IMG/VR virus record: IMGVR_UViG_3300029827_000001
Coordinates: 1-64,000 of that record
Reading direction: 5' to 3' (one strand)
Length of the DNA stretch: 64,000 nt
Source of the DNA: a virus
Shown here: piece by piece, positions 48,535-58,566 of the stretch
Numbering within the stretch: position 1 is the first letter of the stretch
Layout of the letters: each line of letters opens with the position of its first letter
Program-made: the position numbers and the translations under genes
The notes under the pieces: model-generated
Seen by the model: the letters and a program-made list of their open reading frames with translations, nothing else
The model's database searches: none
Told to the model about the DNA's origin: nothing

Positions 48535-48837
48535 ATGCCAGCAACTGCATATCTTACGTCCATTGGAGTTGGAACTTGTTGTTGTCATAATGATCCAAAG
48601 TGCAGATCCAAAACTGGGATGATTGTGACTGGTTCTCCAAATAAAGTTACAAATGGGTTACCAAACGCTAGACTCGGTGATTTATTCTTGGGAACTTGTG
48701 GTCATATATCTGTAATGGTAGGAGGATCACCAAATACTTTTGTGAACGGACTACCTCAGTGTAGAACTGGTGATCCTTTTTCAGGATGTATAGTTGGAGT
48801 AATTGTGACTGGTTCTCCAAACTCTATCACTAATTAG
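48535..48837 (+). CDS. PAAR-like spike tip protein
   Basis: TGSPN..NGLPNARLGD, GSPNTFVNGLPQCRTGD, Cys/His. Confidence 0.85.
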   Translation: MPATAYLTSIGVGTCCCHNDPKCRSKTGMIVTGSPNKVTNGLPNARLGDLFLGTCGHISVMVGGSPNTFVNGLPQCRTGDPFSGCIVGVIVTGSPNSITN

Positions 48838-48839
48838 AC

Positions 48840-48865
48840 AAAAAAAGGGAGGTGGGGAACCTCCC
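48840..48865 (-). terminator. intrinsic terminator
   Basis: GGGAGGT/ACCTCCC stem plus T-run on minus strand, at convergent junction. Confidence 0.7.
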
Positions 48866-48888
48866 ATAAATCACCCCACCTGGTTGAG

Positions 48889-49260
48889 TTATGAAGATGC
48901 AGCCTCTTTTGGCCGCTTCTCTTCGAACATAATGACTTTACTCTCATCCACTTTCGGTCTGGTCTTAAATTTCCCTTCTCTTATATCTTTCTTATGCTGC
49001 TTCCACATCTCAATCTTTTCAACTCCGGTATCTAGAAGATCAGCAAAGAAGACTTGAGAATACGAGGATCCACACTGAGGACAAGACAAGTAAGATAGAG
49101 AATTATATGCACATCTACAATTCTCACACATCTTGGCGTTTGTCCAATTAGACACTGCTTCGATGGGAATTTCTCTCTTCTTGACATTGTCTTCATGGAT
49201 AAGAGAATAAACAACTACACCTATCAGTACCCCAACTACTAATACAATTAACGTCTGCAT
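48889..49260 (-). CDS. membrane-anchored Zn-ribbon protein
   Basis: N-terminal TM, CENC...CPQC. Confidence 0.65.
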   Translation of the reverse strand: MQTLIVLVVGVLIGVVVYSLIHEDNVKKREIPIEAVSNWTNAKMCENCRCAYNSLSYLSCPQCGSSYSQVFFADLLDTGVEKIEMWKQHKKDIREGKFKTRPKVDESKVIMFEEKRPKEAASS

Positions 49261-49276
49261 ATCTATCAGCCCCTTT

Positions 49277-49438
49277 CTATTTATTTATACATTTTGGACA
49301 GAGACCAGTTTTCAAGAATTTCTTTATTTCATCCTCATTTACAAACTGGTCTATTGACACATTTGAAAGACACATAGGACAACGTCCTTGCTTGTCTGAT
49401 TGAGATATACTCCTTTTTTGTTTGTTCTTGTCGTTCAT
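49277..49438 (-). CDS. 53-aa Zn-finger protein (not in ORF track)
   Basis: MNDKNK...CPMC...GLCPKC, GGGGAG RBS. Confidence 0.6.
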   Translation of the reverse strand: MNDKNKQKRSISQSDKQGRCPMCLSNVSIDQFVNEDEIKKFLKTGLCPKCINK

Positions 49439-49884
49439 ATTGGATACTCCCCTAAGTGTTCAAGTACCACTTGAGGATTTCCCTTCTTATTCTTCTTTTT
49501 TAGTTCTTTTAGTTCTTCCTCAAGGGGTTCAATCAACCTCTTTCTGACGTGGTTTGTCATCTCATTGAATTGGTCATAGAGATGAGGAGTTCGAGCGATT
49601 ATTTCTTCTTGAAAAGCTTCAACCATCTCTAGCTGGTTTTTCATGTGGTTTATTCTTTTAGACATCTCGGTAGACCCTTTGATGACTTCAATATTTGACT
49701 TTAGTGAGACGTTGGAGCTTTCGAGTACCAGCCTCATCTTTTTATGCATATTGGTCAGTGCAAGTATTAATATGATTAGTAATGTGAAAGAGACAACATT
49801 AAGCACTAGTTGTGTAAGCATAAAACGATGGACTGCTTTTGGTCCTGCTTCTGTAAATTTCTTATACCGTAACATCGTTAACAT
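49435..49884 (-). CDS. membrane-anchored coiled-coil protein
   Basis: TM plus coiled coil. Confidence 0.65.
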   Translation of the reverse strand: MLTMLRYKKFTEAGPKAVHRFMLTQLVLNVVSFTLLIILILALTNMHKKMRLVLESSNVSLKSNIEVIKGSTEMSKRINHMKNQLEMVEAFQEEIIARTPHLYDQFNEMTNHVRKRLIEPLEEELKELKKKNKKGNPQVVLEHLGEYPI

Positions 49885-49897
49885 AGGTGCTCTCCTT

Positions 49898-50209
49898 TCA
49901 CCTAGCTTGCTGTTTTAGTTCTTGAATCTCCTGGTTGCTTAGAGCACGTATTTGTATTACAGTAGCTGATGGTATTGCCAACCACAGACTTCTATGGAAA
50001 TAGTCTCCACCTGGATCCTCCAAGTAGCAATAGACAAAGGTCTCTTCCGGAGAGACTTTAAAATACTGAGTGTTGATGGATTGTATTGCCACCATAAACT
50101 CAGGGTCTCCAGCTCTTCTGTCTTGATTTGGCAACCAGTACTTATAGGTAATATTAAACATAAGTACCAGCATGATGATAAAACCTAAGAATTTCTTCCC
50201 CATTAGCAT
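49898..50209 (-). CDS. membrane-anchored hypothetical protein
   Basis: N-terminal TM, AAGGAGG RBS. Confidence 0.65.
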   Translation of the reverse strand: MLMGKKFLGFIIMLVLMFNITYKYWLPNQDRRAGDPEFMVAIQSINTQYFKVSPEETFVYCYLEDPGGDYFHRSLWLAIPSATVIQIRALSNQEIQELKQQAR

Positions 50210-50218
50210 CCTCCTTAT

Positions 50219-50377
50219 TTATTCATATTTTGGTAGATTTTCTTTCGCATACTCTTTTGCTCTCTCAAAAAGGTCGTCAATGGATTCATGCTCCATTATA
50301 TCGAAGGTTTCCATATGAGTTGCTTTGGTGGTATCAATTATTACTTCAATTCTAAATTGTCTTACTATTTCTGGCAT
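50219..50377 (-). CDS. 52-aa hypothetical protein (not in ORF track)
   Basis: MPEIVRQFRIEV..., AAGGAG RBS, fills gap. Confidence 0.55.
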   Translation of the reverse strand: MPEIVRQFRIEVIIDTTKATHMETFDIMEHESIDDLFERAKEYAKENLPKYE

Positions 50378-50379
50378 CT

Positions 50380-50874
50380 CTATATCTCCTTCCTTCGGAG
50401 TAATAGGAAGACAAAGTCAGTAGTTATTCTAACCTCACTTTTGTTATAACGCCAACCTCCTATCCCTACTCCATATCCTGAAGCTTCATTGACTGTTTCA
50501 CTTCCTAGGAAAAGTACCTGATGAGCACCGTCATGACTTGCAAACTTTAGAATCCGATCCATTACGTCGTTGATGCTACATTTCTTTGGACCCGACATTC
50601 TTATAGTCAAAAATCCAATTGGTTCTAAACCTTCTGGCATTTCTTTGACCAGTTCGCTCTTAGATGTTGGTTCATACTTTCCGCTTAGATCATGTACCAC
50701 AATCAGCGCACAGATCTCATCAGGTTTAACTCCAGATTTCTCAAGTCTTTTAAAAACTTCGAATACTCCTTCTGGTGTACTTTCAAGAACTTCTGGAGAT
50801 TTCTGAGTTTCAGCAAAACAAGTTGTCGAAAACAGGACTAAAACTATCAGTATGACTTGCTTAGAAAAGTTCAT
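50380..50874 (-). CDS. secreted hypothetical protein
   Basis: Signal peptide. Confidence 0.65.
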   Translation of the reverse strand: MNFSKQVILIVLVLFSTTCFAETQKSPEVLESTPEGVFEVFKRLEKSGVKPDEICALIVVHDLSGKYEPTSKSELVKEMPEGLEPIGFLTIRMSGPKKCSINDVMDRILKFASHDGAHQVLFLGSETVNEASGYGVGIGGWRYNKSEVRITTDFVFLLLRRKEI

Positions 50875-50897
50875 AATTTCTTTTCCTCCTTAAAGAA

Positions 50898-51173
50898 CTA
50901 TTTTGATAGGAACTTTCCTTCTCTTGGTAACCTGGTCTGTTCTATAGGGAGGATTGCTATCCCCACTGCATGACCGTATGTTTTACTATTTACAATCCAG
51001 ATAACCACACCCGCTTGTTGATCTATAATTCGGGTTACTATAGATTCATCATCTTTCAAATCGACGTAAAAATCTGAGATGGTTGTTGGGAGTGATGTTG
51101 TTGGTTCAGCATAACATAAACCAGTAGAAAGAAGTAAAACTACTATTAATAAAACTAAAACCTTCGTTTTCAT
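50898..51173 (-). CDS. secreted hypothetical protein
   Basis: Signal peptide, ATG 51173 with GGAGG. Confidence 0.65.
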   Translation of the reverse strand: MKTKVLVLLIVVLLLSTGLCYAEPTTSLPTTISDFYVDLKDDESIVTRIIDQQAGVVIWIVNSKTYGHAVGIAILPIEQTRLPREGKFLSK

Positions 51174-51233
51174 AGTACCTCCTCTATCTTTGACATTCAA
51201 AATTTTAATATAAACCTATCGACTTGTTATTGG

Positions 51234-51249
51234 TAATTAATATATATAG
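51234..51249 (-). promoter_or_regulatory. putative early phage promoter CTATATATATTAATTA
   Basis: Exact copy of repeated motif. Confidence 0.7.
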
Positions 51250-51271
51250 AGTAACTTATATTATCTAAAAG

Positions 51272-51283
51272 AACAAATTAATA
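51272..51283 (+). promoter_or_regulatory. putative late-type promoter AACA-N6-TA
   Basis: AACA-AATTAA-TA upstream of glycosyltransferase operon. Confidence 0.55.
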
Positions 51284-51304
51284 ATTAAAAATGAAAGGAA
51301 TAAT

Positions 51305-52300
51305 ATGAGAATTCTTTTTAACTCAGTGAATTGTGGGTTAGGTAATAATGGCGGGTCTTCAACTATAGTACATTCTGCTAATACCCTTATTGAACTGGGG
51401 CATGACGTTAAAATTATTGATAGCATGAGAAATCAGTTTACTTGGTTTGAGCTAAAGGCAAAACATATAGTCTTAAAAGATCTAAATGATAGTCCAGACG
51501 CAGATGTTGTAATTGCAACTGGTTATAAAACTGTTAGCTCTACCCTTAGGTTGCCAAAAAGGTGTGGGATTAAAGCACATTGGATAAGAGCATGGGAACA
51601 CTGGCAAATGTCAGATGATCAGATTTTTACTAGAGTACTAAACGTTCCAACTATAAAGTTAGTTAATAGTATATGCCTACAAAGGAAACTAGAACAATAT
51701 CAAATTTCTTCCCATATAGTTCGTCCTGGATATGATTTTGGAAAGTTGTATCCTCTAAACTTAAGAAATTATAATAGGGGAGAATTTGTAGTAGGAGCTT
51801 TATACCGAGAAGGAGTTCATGGACAAAGAAAAAGAACCAAATGGTCTCTTGATATTATAAAAGAACTAAAATCAAGAAAAAGAATAAAATTCTGGATGTT
51901 TGGGTCTGAACCAAAACCAAATTTTTCTTTCATTGATAACTATCTGAAATCTCCATCATTCCAGGAGAAGAATGATTTTTATAATAGAGTACATTTATGG
52001 ATTGCTCCTACAATGTCTGAAGGTTTACACTTACCCCCTGCTGAAGCAATGATGACTGAATGTCCGGTTGTTGGTACCAATGCTCAAATGAGTGGTATGC
52101 AAGACTACTTAATTGATAGAGAAACTGGTAGAGTTTCTGGAGATAGTATAAGTTCCTTTAGAGAAACTATCAGAGAAGTTCTTGATGATCCTAAAAGCAT
52201 GGAACAGATGGGAAAAAAAGCTAGGCTAAAAATAGCTGATCTTGGAGATAGAAAAACTAATATGTATCTAATGGTAAACTATTTGAAGAGTTTAATATGA
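51305..52300 (+). CDS. glycosyltransferase family 4
   Basis: GG..TI..AN.L..LGHDV, SEGLHLPPAEAMMTECPVV. Confidence 0.85.
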   Translation: MRILFNSVNCGLGNNGGSSTIVHSANTLIELGHDVKIIDSMRNQFTWFELKAKHIVLKDLNDSPDADVVIATGYKTVSSTLRLPKRCGIKAHWIRAWEHWQMSDDQIFTRVLNVPTIKLVNSICLQRKLEQYQISSHIVRPGYDFGKLYPLNLRNYNRGEFVVGALYREGVHGQRKRTKWSLDIIKELKSRKRIKFWMFGSEPKPNFSFIDNYLKSPSFQEKNDFYNRVHLWIAPTMSEGLHLPPAEAMMTECPVVGTNAQMSGMQDYLIDRETGRVSGDSISSFRETIREVLDDPKSMEQMGKKARLKIADLGDRKTNMYLMVNYLKSLI

Positions 52301-53130
52301 GCGTAAAAATATATAAAGTCAAAGAGATTTTAGATAGCTTAGAGGAATGTATAGTTGAGAGAAAACCTTTCTCTCTAATAAGATTTGGAGATGGAGGGAT
52401 CAAATTGATCCACTCATATTTCTATAGAGATTATAATCAGTTGCTTAAGATATGTAAAAAAGAAGGTCTACCGAATGATAAAGTTGAACATATAATTAGA
52501 CTTTGGGCAAGATATGCAAACGAAGCTGATTTTATTGACTCTCCTCAAGTATATTTCTCTAATAAATTCTGGGGTAAATACAAAAAAGGGTTTATCCACG
52601 CTTCTGATAAAACTTTAATTAGAATGAAAATGTGGAAGGATTTATATCAAAGGGCAGGTATTGATATTCATAAGGTCAAATTCTGTAACCCAGAAGTAAA
52701 TTACTTGATGTGTATAACTATACCTTCTAAAAGAACTATTTTTGAGTTAATGAAAGGTAGAAAAATATGTTGTATAACGTCTTGTCCTGAAGCGATTAAT
52801 AATTTATCAAAGTATAATATTGACGTTGTCAAGATTGTTGGGCACTATGAAAATCAGTTTGAAAATTCTTTCTCAGATGTAGTTAGTGTTATTGAAGGAA
52901 GAGCACTGTTATATGACTTTTGGATGGTTGGTGCTGGAGAACTTGGGAGAATATACTCAGGTTTGATAAAAGCTAGAGGTGGTCGAACTATTGATATGGG
53001 ATTTGTTATTGACTATTGGAAGAATCATGAGATACCAGCACGTCTTGGTGAATTTGTATCTTCTCATCCACTAGATCCTCTGAAATTTGTCTTAACTAAA
53101 TATGGAAATCCCTATGCAGACCATATCTAA
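52297..53130 (+). CDS. GT-D fold-like glycosyltransferase
   Basis: SLIRFGDG, VGAGELG, TIDMG. Confidence 0.7.
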   Translation: MSVKIYKVKEILDSLEECIVERKPFSLIRFGDGGIKLIHSYFYRDYNQLLKICKKEGLPNDKVEHIIRLWARYANEADFIDSPQVYFSNKFWGKYKKGFIHASDKTLIRMKMWKDLYQRAGIDIHKVKFCNPEVNYLMCITIPSKRTIFELMKGRKICCITSCPEAINNLSKYNIDVVKIVGHYENQFENSFSDVVSVIEGRALLYDFWMVGAGELGRIYSGLIKARGGRTIDMGFVIDYWKNHEIPARLGEFVSSHPLDPLKFVLTKYGNPYADHI

Positions 53131-53857
53131 GATTGATATTACAATGACAAGTGTTCTTCGACCTGGAATAGTTAATGAAACGCTTGAGTCATTTTGTAAT
53201 AATCTCTTTACCGAAAAGAGCAGGTATCGCCTAGTAATCAATATTGATCCAGTTGGTGAGAAAGTAAAAGCAAAAGAAGTAGTAAAAGTTTGCCAAAAAT
53301 ACTTTGATGATGTTGTTTATAATATTCCAAACAAACCATCTTTTCCAGCAGCTGTAATATGGACATGGAAAAATTCCAGGTCAGATTGGGTTTTTCACCT
53401 TGAAGATGATTGGAAGATAAATAGTAAAGTTGACATAAATCATATGATCAGCATACTTAATAAGTATAAAGATGTTGCTTGTCTCAGAATGTCAAAACAT
53501 CCTCTTCCTAGGAGAAAGATAATTAAGCTATTTAGATCGAATTATAGTTTTAAACCAGAAGGTTTTTTTATTGGTCAAGATAGAAAAGCTCAGTTTGGAC
53601 TGAATCCTGTACTTATAAGAGGAAAATTCATTAAACGAGCATTACCATATATGGTTACTACTAAGAACCCTGAGAAGCAGTTTAGATATGGCAATGAACT
53701 TCTAAGAGACTTTATTATGAAATGGAGATATGCTATTTATGGAAGACCAGGTCAAGGTGCTCTAGTGGTTGATAACGGATCAAAATGGAGGAAAGATTTT
53801 GGATTTGATAAACCAGACCCAGAGGAGGGTCCGTTTTTAGTATGGAAAAAGAAATAA
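53102..53857 (+). CDS. glycosyltransferase family 2-like
   Basis: TSVLRP, FHLEDDW, LNP. Confidence 0.75.
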   Translation: MEIPMQTISKIDITMTSVLRPGIVNETLESFCNNLFTEKSRYRLVINIDPVGEKVKAKEVVKVCQKYFDDVVYNIPNKPSFPAAVIWTWKNSRSDWVFHLEDDWKINSKVDINHMISILNKYKDVACLRMSKHPLPRRKIIKLFRSNYSFKPEGFFIGQDRKAQFGLNPVLIRGKFIKRALPYMVTTKNPEKQFRYGNELLRDFIMKWRYAIYGRPGQGALVVDNGSKWRKDFGFDKPDPEEGPFLVWKKK

Positions 53858-54609
53858 AATTATTCTGGAGTCGTCAAGATAATAATTTTGGAGATAAATT
53901 ATCTCCTTATATTGTTGGAAAAATATCTAAAAGAAAAGTAAAATATTGTAATTCTCCAACTCCAACTAGAACAGTATATTTGGCTGTTGGAAGTATTTTA
54001 CATCATTTAGGTTCTTCTATGAAATGGTGTGAAATTTGGGGTTCTGGTTTAATGGATCAGAATCATAAATTGTTATCTCCCAAGAAGATTCATGCAGTTA
54101 GAGGTCCACTAACTAGACAATTTCTAATAAGACAGAGTATAAATTGCCCAGACATTTATGGAGATCCAGCTCTTTTATTACCTCGGTTATTTAATCCTGA
54201 CATTGAGAAAAAATATAAAGTTGGTATTGTTCCACACTTCGTCGATCAAAAAGATAACTGGATTGGTATTCAATGTTTAAGAAAAGATGTTTTGTTTATA
54301 GATGTTTATGAACCTGTTGAGAAAGTTATTACTAACATTTTATCTTGTCAAGCAATCCTTTCTAGTTCTCTACATGGTTTAATTGTTGCAGATGCATATA
54401 GAGTTCCATCCTTATGGATTGAACTATCTGGTAAAGTAAAAGGAAAAGGTTTTAAGTTTAGAGATTATCTATTATCTGTTGGAGTTGAACCTTATAAACC
54501 ATATACTCTTGGTCTTCCTTATAGGAGTATTGATGCCCCTTTGAGGTTTGTAAAGAAATATGATCTAAAGATTGATCTGGATAAGCTTTTAGAGAGTTGT
54601 CCATTCTGA
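53842..54609 (+). CDS. polysaccharide pyruvyltransferase
   Basis: NFGDKL, VGSIL, WGSG, AVRGPLT, GDPALL, SSSLHGLIVADAY, FKFRDY. Confidence 0.9.
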   Translation: MEKEIKLFWSRQDNNFGDKLSPYIVGKISKRKVKYCNSPTPTRTVYLAVGSILHHLGSSMKWCEIWGSGLMDQNHKLLSPKKIHAVRGPLTRQFLIRQSINCPDIYGDPALLLPRLFNPDIEKKYKVGIVPHFVDQKDNWIGIQCLRKDVLFIDVYEPVEKVITNILSCQAILSSSLHGLIVADAYRVPSLWIELSGKVKGKGFKFRDYLLSVGVEPYKPYTLGLPYRSIDAPLRFVKKYDLKIDLDKLLESCPF

Positions 54610-54621
54610 GGAGTTACAAAA

Positions 54622-55902
54622 ATGAAAATTACTTTGATATATCTACCTCATCCGTATTTAAAGCAACCAGATGCTCAGGCTCCTTTGGGTATTATGTATC
54701 TGGCATCAGTCATAGAAGAAAATGAATTTGAAGTTGAAATAAAAAATTATTCTTCTTACTTAACATATGAAGCGATTGCTGACCTTAATGAATCTGACTT
54801 TTATGGAATAACAGTAACCAGTTTAGAACTTCCACAAGCAAATAGATTTGCATACCTTATAAAGGAAAAGTTTCCAGAAGCAATTATTGGTTTAGGTGGT
54901 CCCGGAACTTATACAGAAGAGTTTGTTGACTGGTCAGTTGTGGATACTATTTGCAAGGGAGAAGGTGAGATTACTTTTCTTAATATGTTAGAAGATGTAA
55001 GGAATAAGAAACTAAAGAAAATCTACAACGGTCAAATAGTTGATAATCTTGATACAATTCCATTTCCATCAAGAGATTTACTTAAGGATAAGCAAGGAGG
55101 AAATATCTTTGCGTATAACAAAACATATAAAGAAGGAGGTAGTACCGTTCTCTTAACATCTCGTGGATGTCCTTTTAAATGTACTTTCTGCTCAGCTCCC
55201 AAGTTTACTTATAGTAAGAAGGTTCGTCATAGAAGTTCCAAGAATGTTAAACAAGAAATAGAGCATGTCATCCAGAAGTATGGCATAAGGCAATTCAGAA
55301 TTTCAGATGATATGTTTACTGCTAATAGAGATAGAGTCCTAGATTTATGTGATCACTTGAGTTCCCTTGATATAGTATGGAGAATTTCGACTAGAGTTAA
55401 ACCAATTGATTATGAGATGTATAAAATTATGTTTGAATCTGGTTGTCGAGAAGTTTCTTTTGGAATTGAAAGTTTTGACGACGATGTATTAAAAGTTTTA
55501 AGAAAGGGAACTACCTCTAAAGATAATGCTAGAGCATTAGAGATAGCTCATCAAGTTGGAATGAAAAGCAGAGTTTTATTTATGATAAGAACTCCAGGTC
55601 AAACTAAGGAGACAGTTAAAAAGAATATTGAGTGGCTACAGAAAGTTCCATACGATATTATTTGTGTAACTAGTTTTGTTCCCTTACCTGGTTCTGAGAT
55701 ATGGGAAAAACCAGATGAGTTTGGAGTAGAAATTTTATCTAGAAATTTAGATGACTATAATTTTTACTTCTTCGGTTCTTCAGGAGAGAATGAACTAAAA
55801 AATGTAATTAAGATTAAAAACAGAAGTTTGGAAGAGTTTAATGAAGAAACGCAGTATTTTAAGGATTGGATTAAGGCAACTGGTAAATTGAATATTGGGT
55901 AA
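54622..55902 (+). CDS. cobalamin-binding radical SAM enzyme
   Basis: PLGIMYLAS, GGP, GEGE, TSRGCPFKCTFC, FGIES. Confidence 0.9.
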   Translation: MKITLIYLPHPYLKQPDAQAPLGIMYLASVIEENEFEVEIKNYSSYLTYEAIADLNESDFYGITVTSLELPQANRFAYLIKEKFPEAIIGLGGPGTYTEEFVDWSVVDTICKGEGEITFLNMLEDVRNKKLKKIYNGQIVDNLDTIPFPSRDLLKDKQGGNIFAYNKTYKEGGSTVLLTSRGCPFKCTFCSAPKFTYSKKVRHRSSKNVKQEIEHVIQKYGIRQFRISDDMFTANRDRVLDLCDHLSSLDIVWRISTRVKPIDYEMYKIMFESGCREVSFGIESFDDDVLKVLRKGTTSKDNARALEIAHQVGMKSRVLFMIRTPGQTKETVKKNIEWLQKVPYDIICVTSFVPLPGSEIWEKPDEFGVEILSRNLDDYNFYFFGSSGENELKNVIKIKNRSLEEFNEETQYFKDWIKATGKLNIG

Positions 55903-55907
55903 AAAGC

Positions 55908-56603
55908 ATGAGCATACTGAATGAATCTCAAGAGCAACGTGATATAGAACTATCTAAGATAACCAAAATCTCTCTGAAAAAGATTAAATCAATTATACCG
56001 AAAAGTCCTGACTCAATAAGAATTTATGATGGGCAGTCTTCTATTAAAAGTGAAAATGATATTCTATCATTGTATAAAGAGTATAAGTGTTTAGATATTA
56101 TTGCGTACTTAAAAACTTTAATGGTTACTAGTATTGAATCTAGACATCGTGAACTATACTCTCTTATTAGAAAAACTAGTAGAAAAGTGTGCCTAGATTT
56201 TGGAAGTGGAGTTGGAACTCATGCAATTGCTCTATTTGAGAATTCCAATGAAGTTTCTATACTCGATGTCCCAGGGCCTCTTCTTAATTTTACTTTAGAT
56301 CGAGTTAGGTTAAGAGGATTTAATCCAAAGGTTTACTACCATGATTCTCAACTGCCCGATTCATTCTTTGATTTAGTTATTTGTACCGATGTATTAGAAC
56401 ACGTATATGATCCAGTACGAGAGTTAGCAAGAATAACCAATTGCTTAAAGAGATCTGGTATATTACATCTACAAGTCAGTTCAAAGATTAAACCTTCTTC
56501 TGGTCATTTTGAATCTTCAATTAGAAAGTGGAAAATTGAGGGACCTAAGTTTCTTGGTGGTAACTATAAGAAAATTGGTGAAACTATATATAGGAAATTA
56601 TGA
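55908..56603 (+). CDS. class I SAM-dependent methyltransferase
   Basis: LDFGSGVG, FDLVICTDVLEHV. Confidence 0.85.
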   Translation: MSILNESQEQRDIELSKITKISLKKIKSIIPKSPDSIRIYDGQSSIKSENDILSLYKEYKCLDIIAYLKTLMVTSIESRHRELYSLIRKTSRKVCLDFGSGVGTHAIALFENSNEVSILDVPGPLLNFTLDRVRLRGFNPKVYYHDSQLPDSFFDLVICTDVLEHVYDPVRELARITNCLKRSGILHLQVSSKIKPSSGHFESSIRKWKIEGPKFLGGNYKKIGETIYRKL

Positions 56604-57085
56604 TGATTACTGCTAAACTTACTCAGGGGAAAAATTGCTCCATATCTAAAAACGCGCTTATAGGATTTAAGGAACACGGTGGAGAAATTATTCTTGGTAA
56701 CAATGTTGTAATCCGGCATGGAGTGATTCTAAGAACTTGTACTGGTGTAATAAAGATTGGCAATAATACTATTATTAACTATCATTGTATTATGCATGGA
56801 CTTGGTGGAATCACAATTGGTAATGATGTTGTGTTTAGTCCATATGTTCAAATATATGCTCAAAACCATGGAATCTTACCAGATAAGTTAATACGAGAAC
56901 AAAAGAATACTGGTCAGGGAGTCATAATAGGAAATGATGTTTGGATAGGTGCAGGAGCAATTATTACAGATGGAGTAATGGTTCAAACTGGATCTATAAT
57001 AGGTGCAGGTTCAATTGTAACAAAAAATATTGGAAGTTATCAGATATGGGCAGGAAATCCTGCTAGAAAAATTGGAGATAGATAA
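56600..57085 (+). CDS. hexapeptide-repeat acyltransferase (sugar O-acetyltransferase-like)
   Basis: IGNDVWIGAGA, GAGSIVTK, AGNPARKI. Confidence 0.9.
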   Translation: MMITAKLTQGKNCSISKNALIGFKEHGGEIILGNNVVIRHGVILRTCTGVIKIGNNTIINYHCIMHGLGGITIGNDVVFSPYVQIYAQNHGILPDKLIREQKNTGQGVIIGNDVWIGAGAIITDGVMVQTGSIIGAGSIVTKNIGSYQIWAGNPARKIGDR

Positions 57086-57673
57086 TTGAAGAAGTTAAAG
57101 AATATACCAGTTTTGGTAAAGTGGATTCATTGGAGAATGTCGAATTTAGTGAGTGAGTATGAACCTACTAGCATTATTGATATGGGTGGGGTTGGAAGAA
57201 TAAAGAGTTTTGTAAACTGTAAAGTTGTAGATGCAAATCTTAAAGCGGGAATTGATGCAACTAAATTACCATTTAAAGATAACTCATTCGATATATCCTT
57301 ATCAATTAATACTTTAGAGCATATTAAGAATAAAAAGAAATTTCTCTTAGAAGCAATTCGAGTAGCAAAAGTTGCTTCGATACATTGGTTTCCTTATGGA
57401 GCAGGTGCTAAACTAACTGAGAAGTTAAAAAAAGAGCTTGGCCACAAGCACCCCTGTAGTATCCCAGAATATCAGGATATTCTCCCATTTTTAACTGACT
57501 CAAAGACTAGTTGTAAATTTAAAGAATCTATAAGTTGTAAAGATCATTTACTGCTGTTAGCATCTATAAATGAAAAAATGAATAACAGTAAAACATTTGA
57601 GTTTATTGAGAAATACGGAAACGTACCTTATAGTTTTATCTTGTCAGCAGAATATCGAAGAGGTGAAGAATGA
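57086..57673 (+). CDS. class I SAM-dependent methyltransferase
   Basis: IDMGG, DATKLPFKDNSFD, TLEHI. Confidence 0.75.
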   Translation: MKKLKNIPVLVKWIHWRMSNLVSEYEPTSIIDMGGVGRIKSFVNCKVVDANLKAGIDATKLPFKDNSFDISLSINTLEHIKNKKKFLLEAIRVAKVASIHWFPYGAGAKLTEKLKKELGHKHPCSIPEYQDILPFLTDSKTSCKFKESISCKDHLLLLASINEKMNNSKTFEFIEKYGNVPYSFILSAEYRRGEE

Positions 57674-58563
57674 AGATTCTCTATTTTTCGGACGGATATG
57701 CTTGGCATGTTATGGGAACCAAACGCTCGATTTATGAAGAAGTTCAGAAACGGGGTCATGAAGTTATCTATCTTGATAAGGGTTTAGTTTGGAATATACC
57801 ACAACTTATATTTGATCATAATCCGGATCAGATTTGGTTAGTTCATACTGGATTATCTTTCTCGGGACAAGATAGAAAGAAAATAAAAGTACCAATTGTT
57901 GGGTTCGGTTTTAGTGATCCAGTGTATAGAATTATAGACTATAGTATCTTTGATATTTATGTAACTAACCATTTTGAGACATATAAGAAGGTTTCAAAAA
58001 AGATGAAATGTATTTATAACCCAACTGCGTGTGATCTTAAATTTCACCAGAAACTTAGCATTCCAAAAACGACAGATCTCTTAATGATTGGAACTGGAAC
58101 TCATGCTAGGTTTAAGAGTAAGAAAATGAGAATAACATATGTTAATAAACTTAGAAAAGATACAAGTTGGATTGTCACAGCGTATGGAAAAAATTGGCCT
58201 AAGCATATTAGAAATCATGGTCATATTGAAGGTCAAGAATTTCTAGTTGCTATAAATAGCGCAAGATTAGGTTTAGATATCCAAGATGAAGTATCTCCTT
58301 TAGCTCATAGGATGTTTGAATTTGGAGCGTGTGGAGTTCCAGTTATAACCAAACACAGACCAGAAGTCTTAATACATCTTGAAGATGGTAAAGAAATTCT
58401 AACCTATCATAACTATAATGACCTTTTGGAGAAAGTAAATCATTATCTTAATAACCAATCTGAGTTAGAACAAATAAGTACAAATGTATTGGAAAGGTGT
58501 GTGAGAGACCATAATATAAGTAATAGGGTTAATCACATATTGGCAGAACTTCAACGAGGGTAA
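57670..58563 (+). CDS. CgeB-like glycosyltransferase
   Basis: RMFEFGACG, EDGKEI..Y, DHNISNR. Confidence 0.8.
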   Translation: MKILYFSDGYAWHVMGTKRSIYEEVQKRGHEVIYLDKGLVWNIPQLIFDHNPDQIWLVHTGLSFSGQDRKKIKVPIVGFGFSDPVYRIIDYSIFDIYVTNHFETYKKVSKKMKCIYNPTACDLKFHQKLSIPKTTDLLMIGTGTHARFKSKKMRITYVNKLRKDTSWIVTAYGKNWPKHIRNHGHIEGQEFLVAINSARLGLDIQDEVSPLAHRMFEFGACGVPVITKHRPEVLIHLEDGKEILTYHNYNDLLEKVNHYLNNQSELEQISTNVLERCVRDHNISNRVNHILAELQRG

Positions 58564-58566
58564 TAA

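Noticed and set aside
10417-48837. Type VI secretion system (VgrG + PAAR)
   Set aside because: No TssJLM/ClpV. The context is phage baseplate and replication genes.
49411-49430. AACA promoter-like motif with AAGGAG
   Set aside because: It lies inside the small coding ORF 49277..49438 and lacks TA at the N6 spacing.
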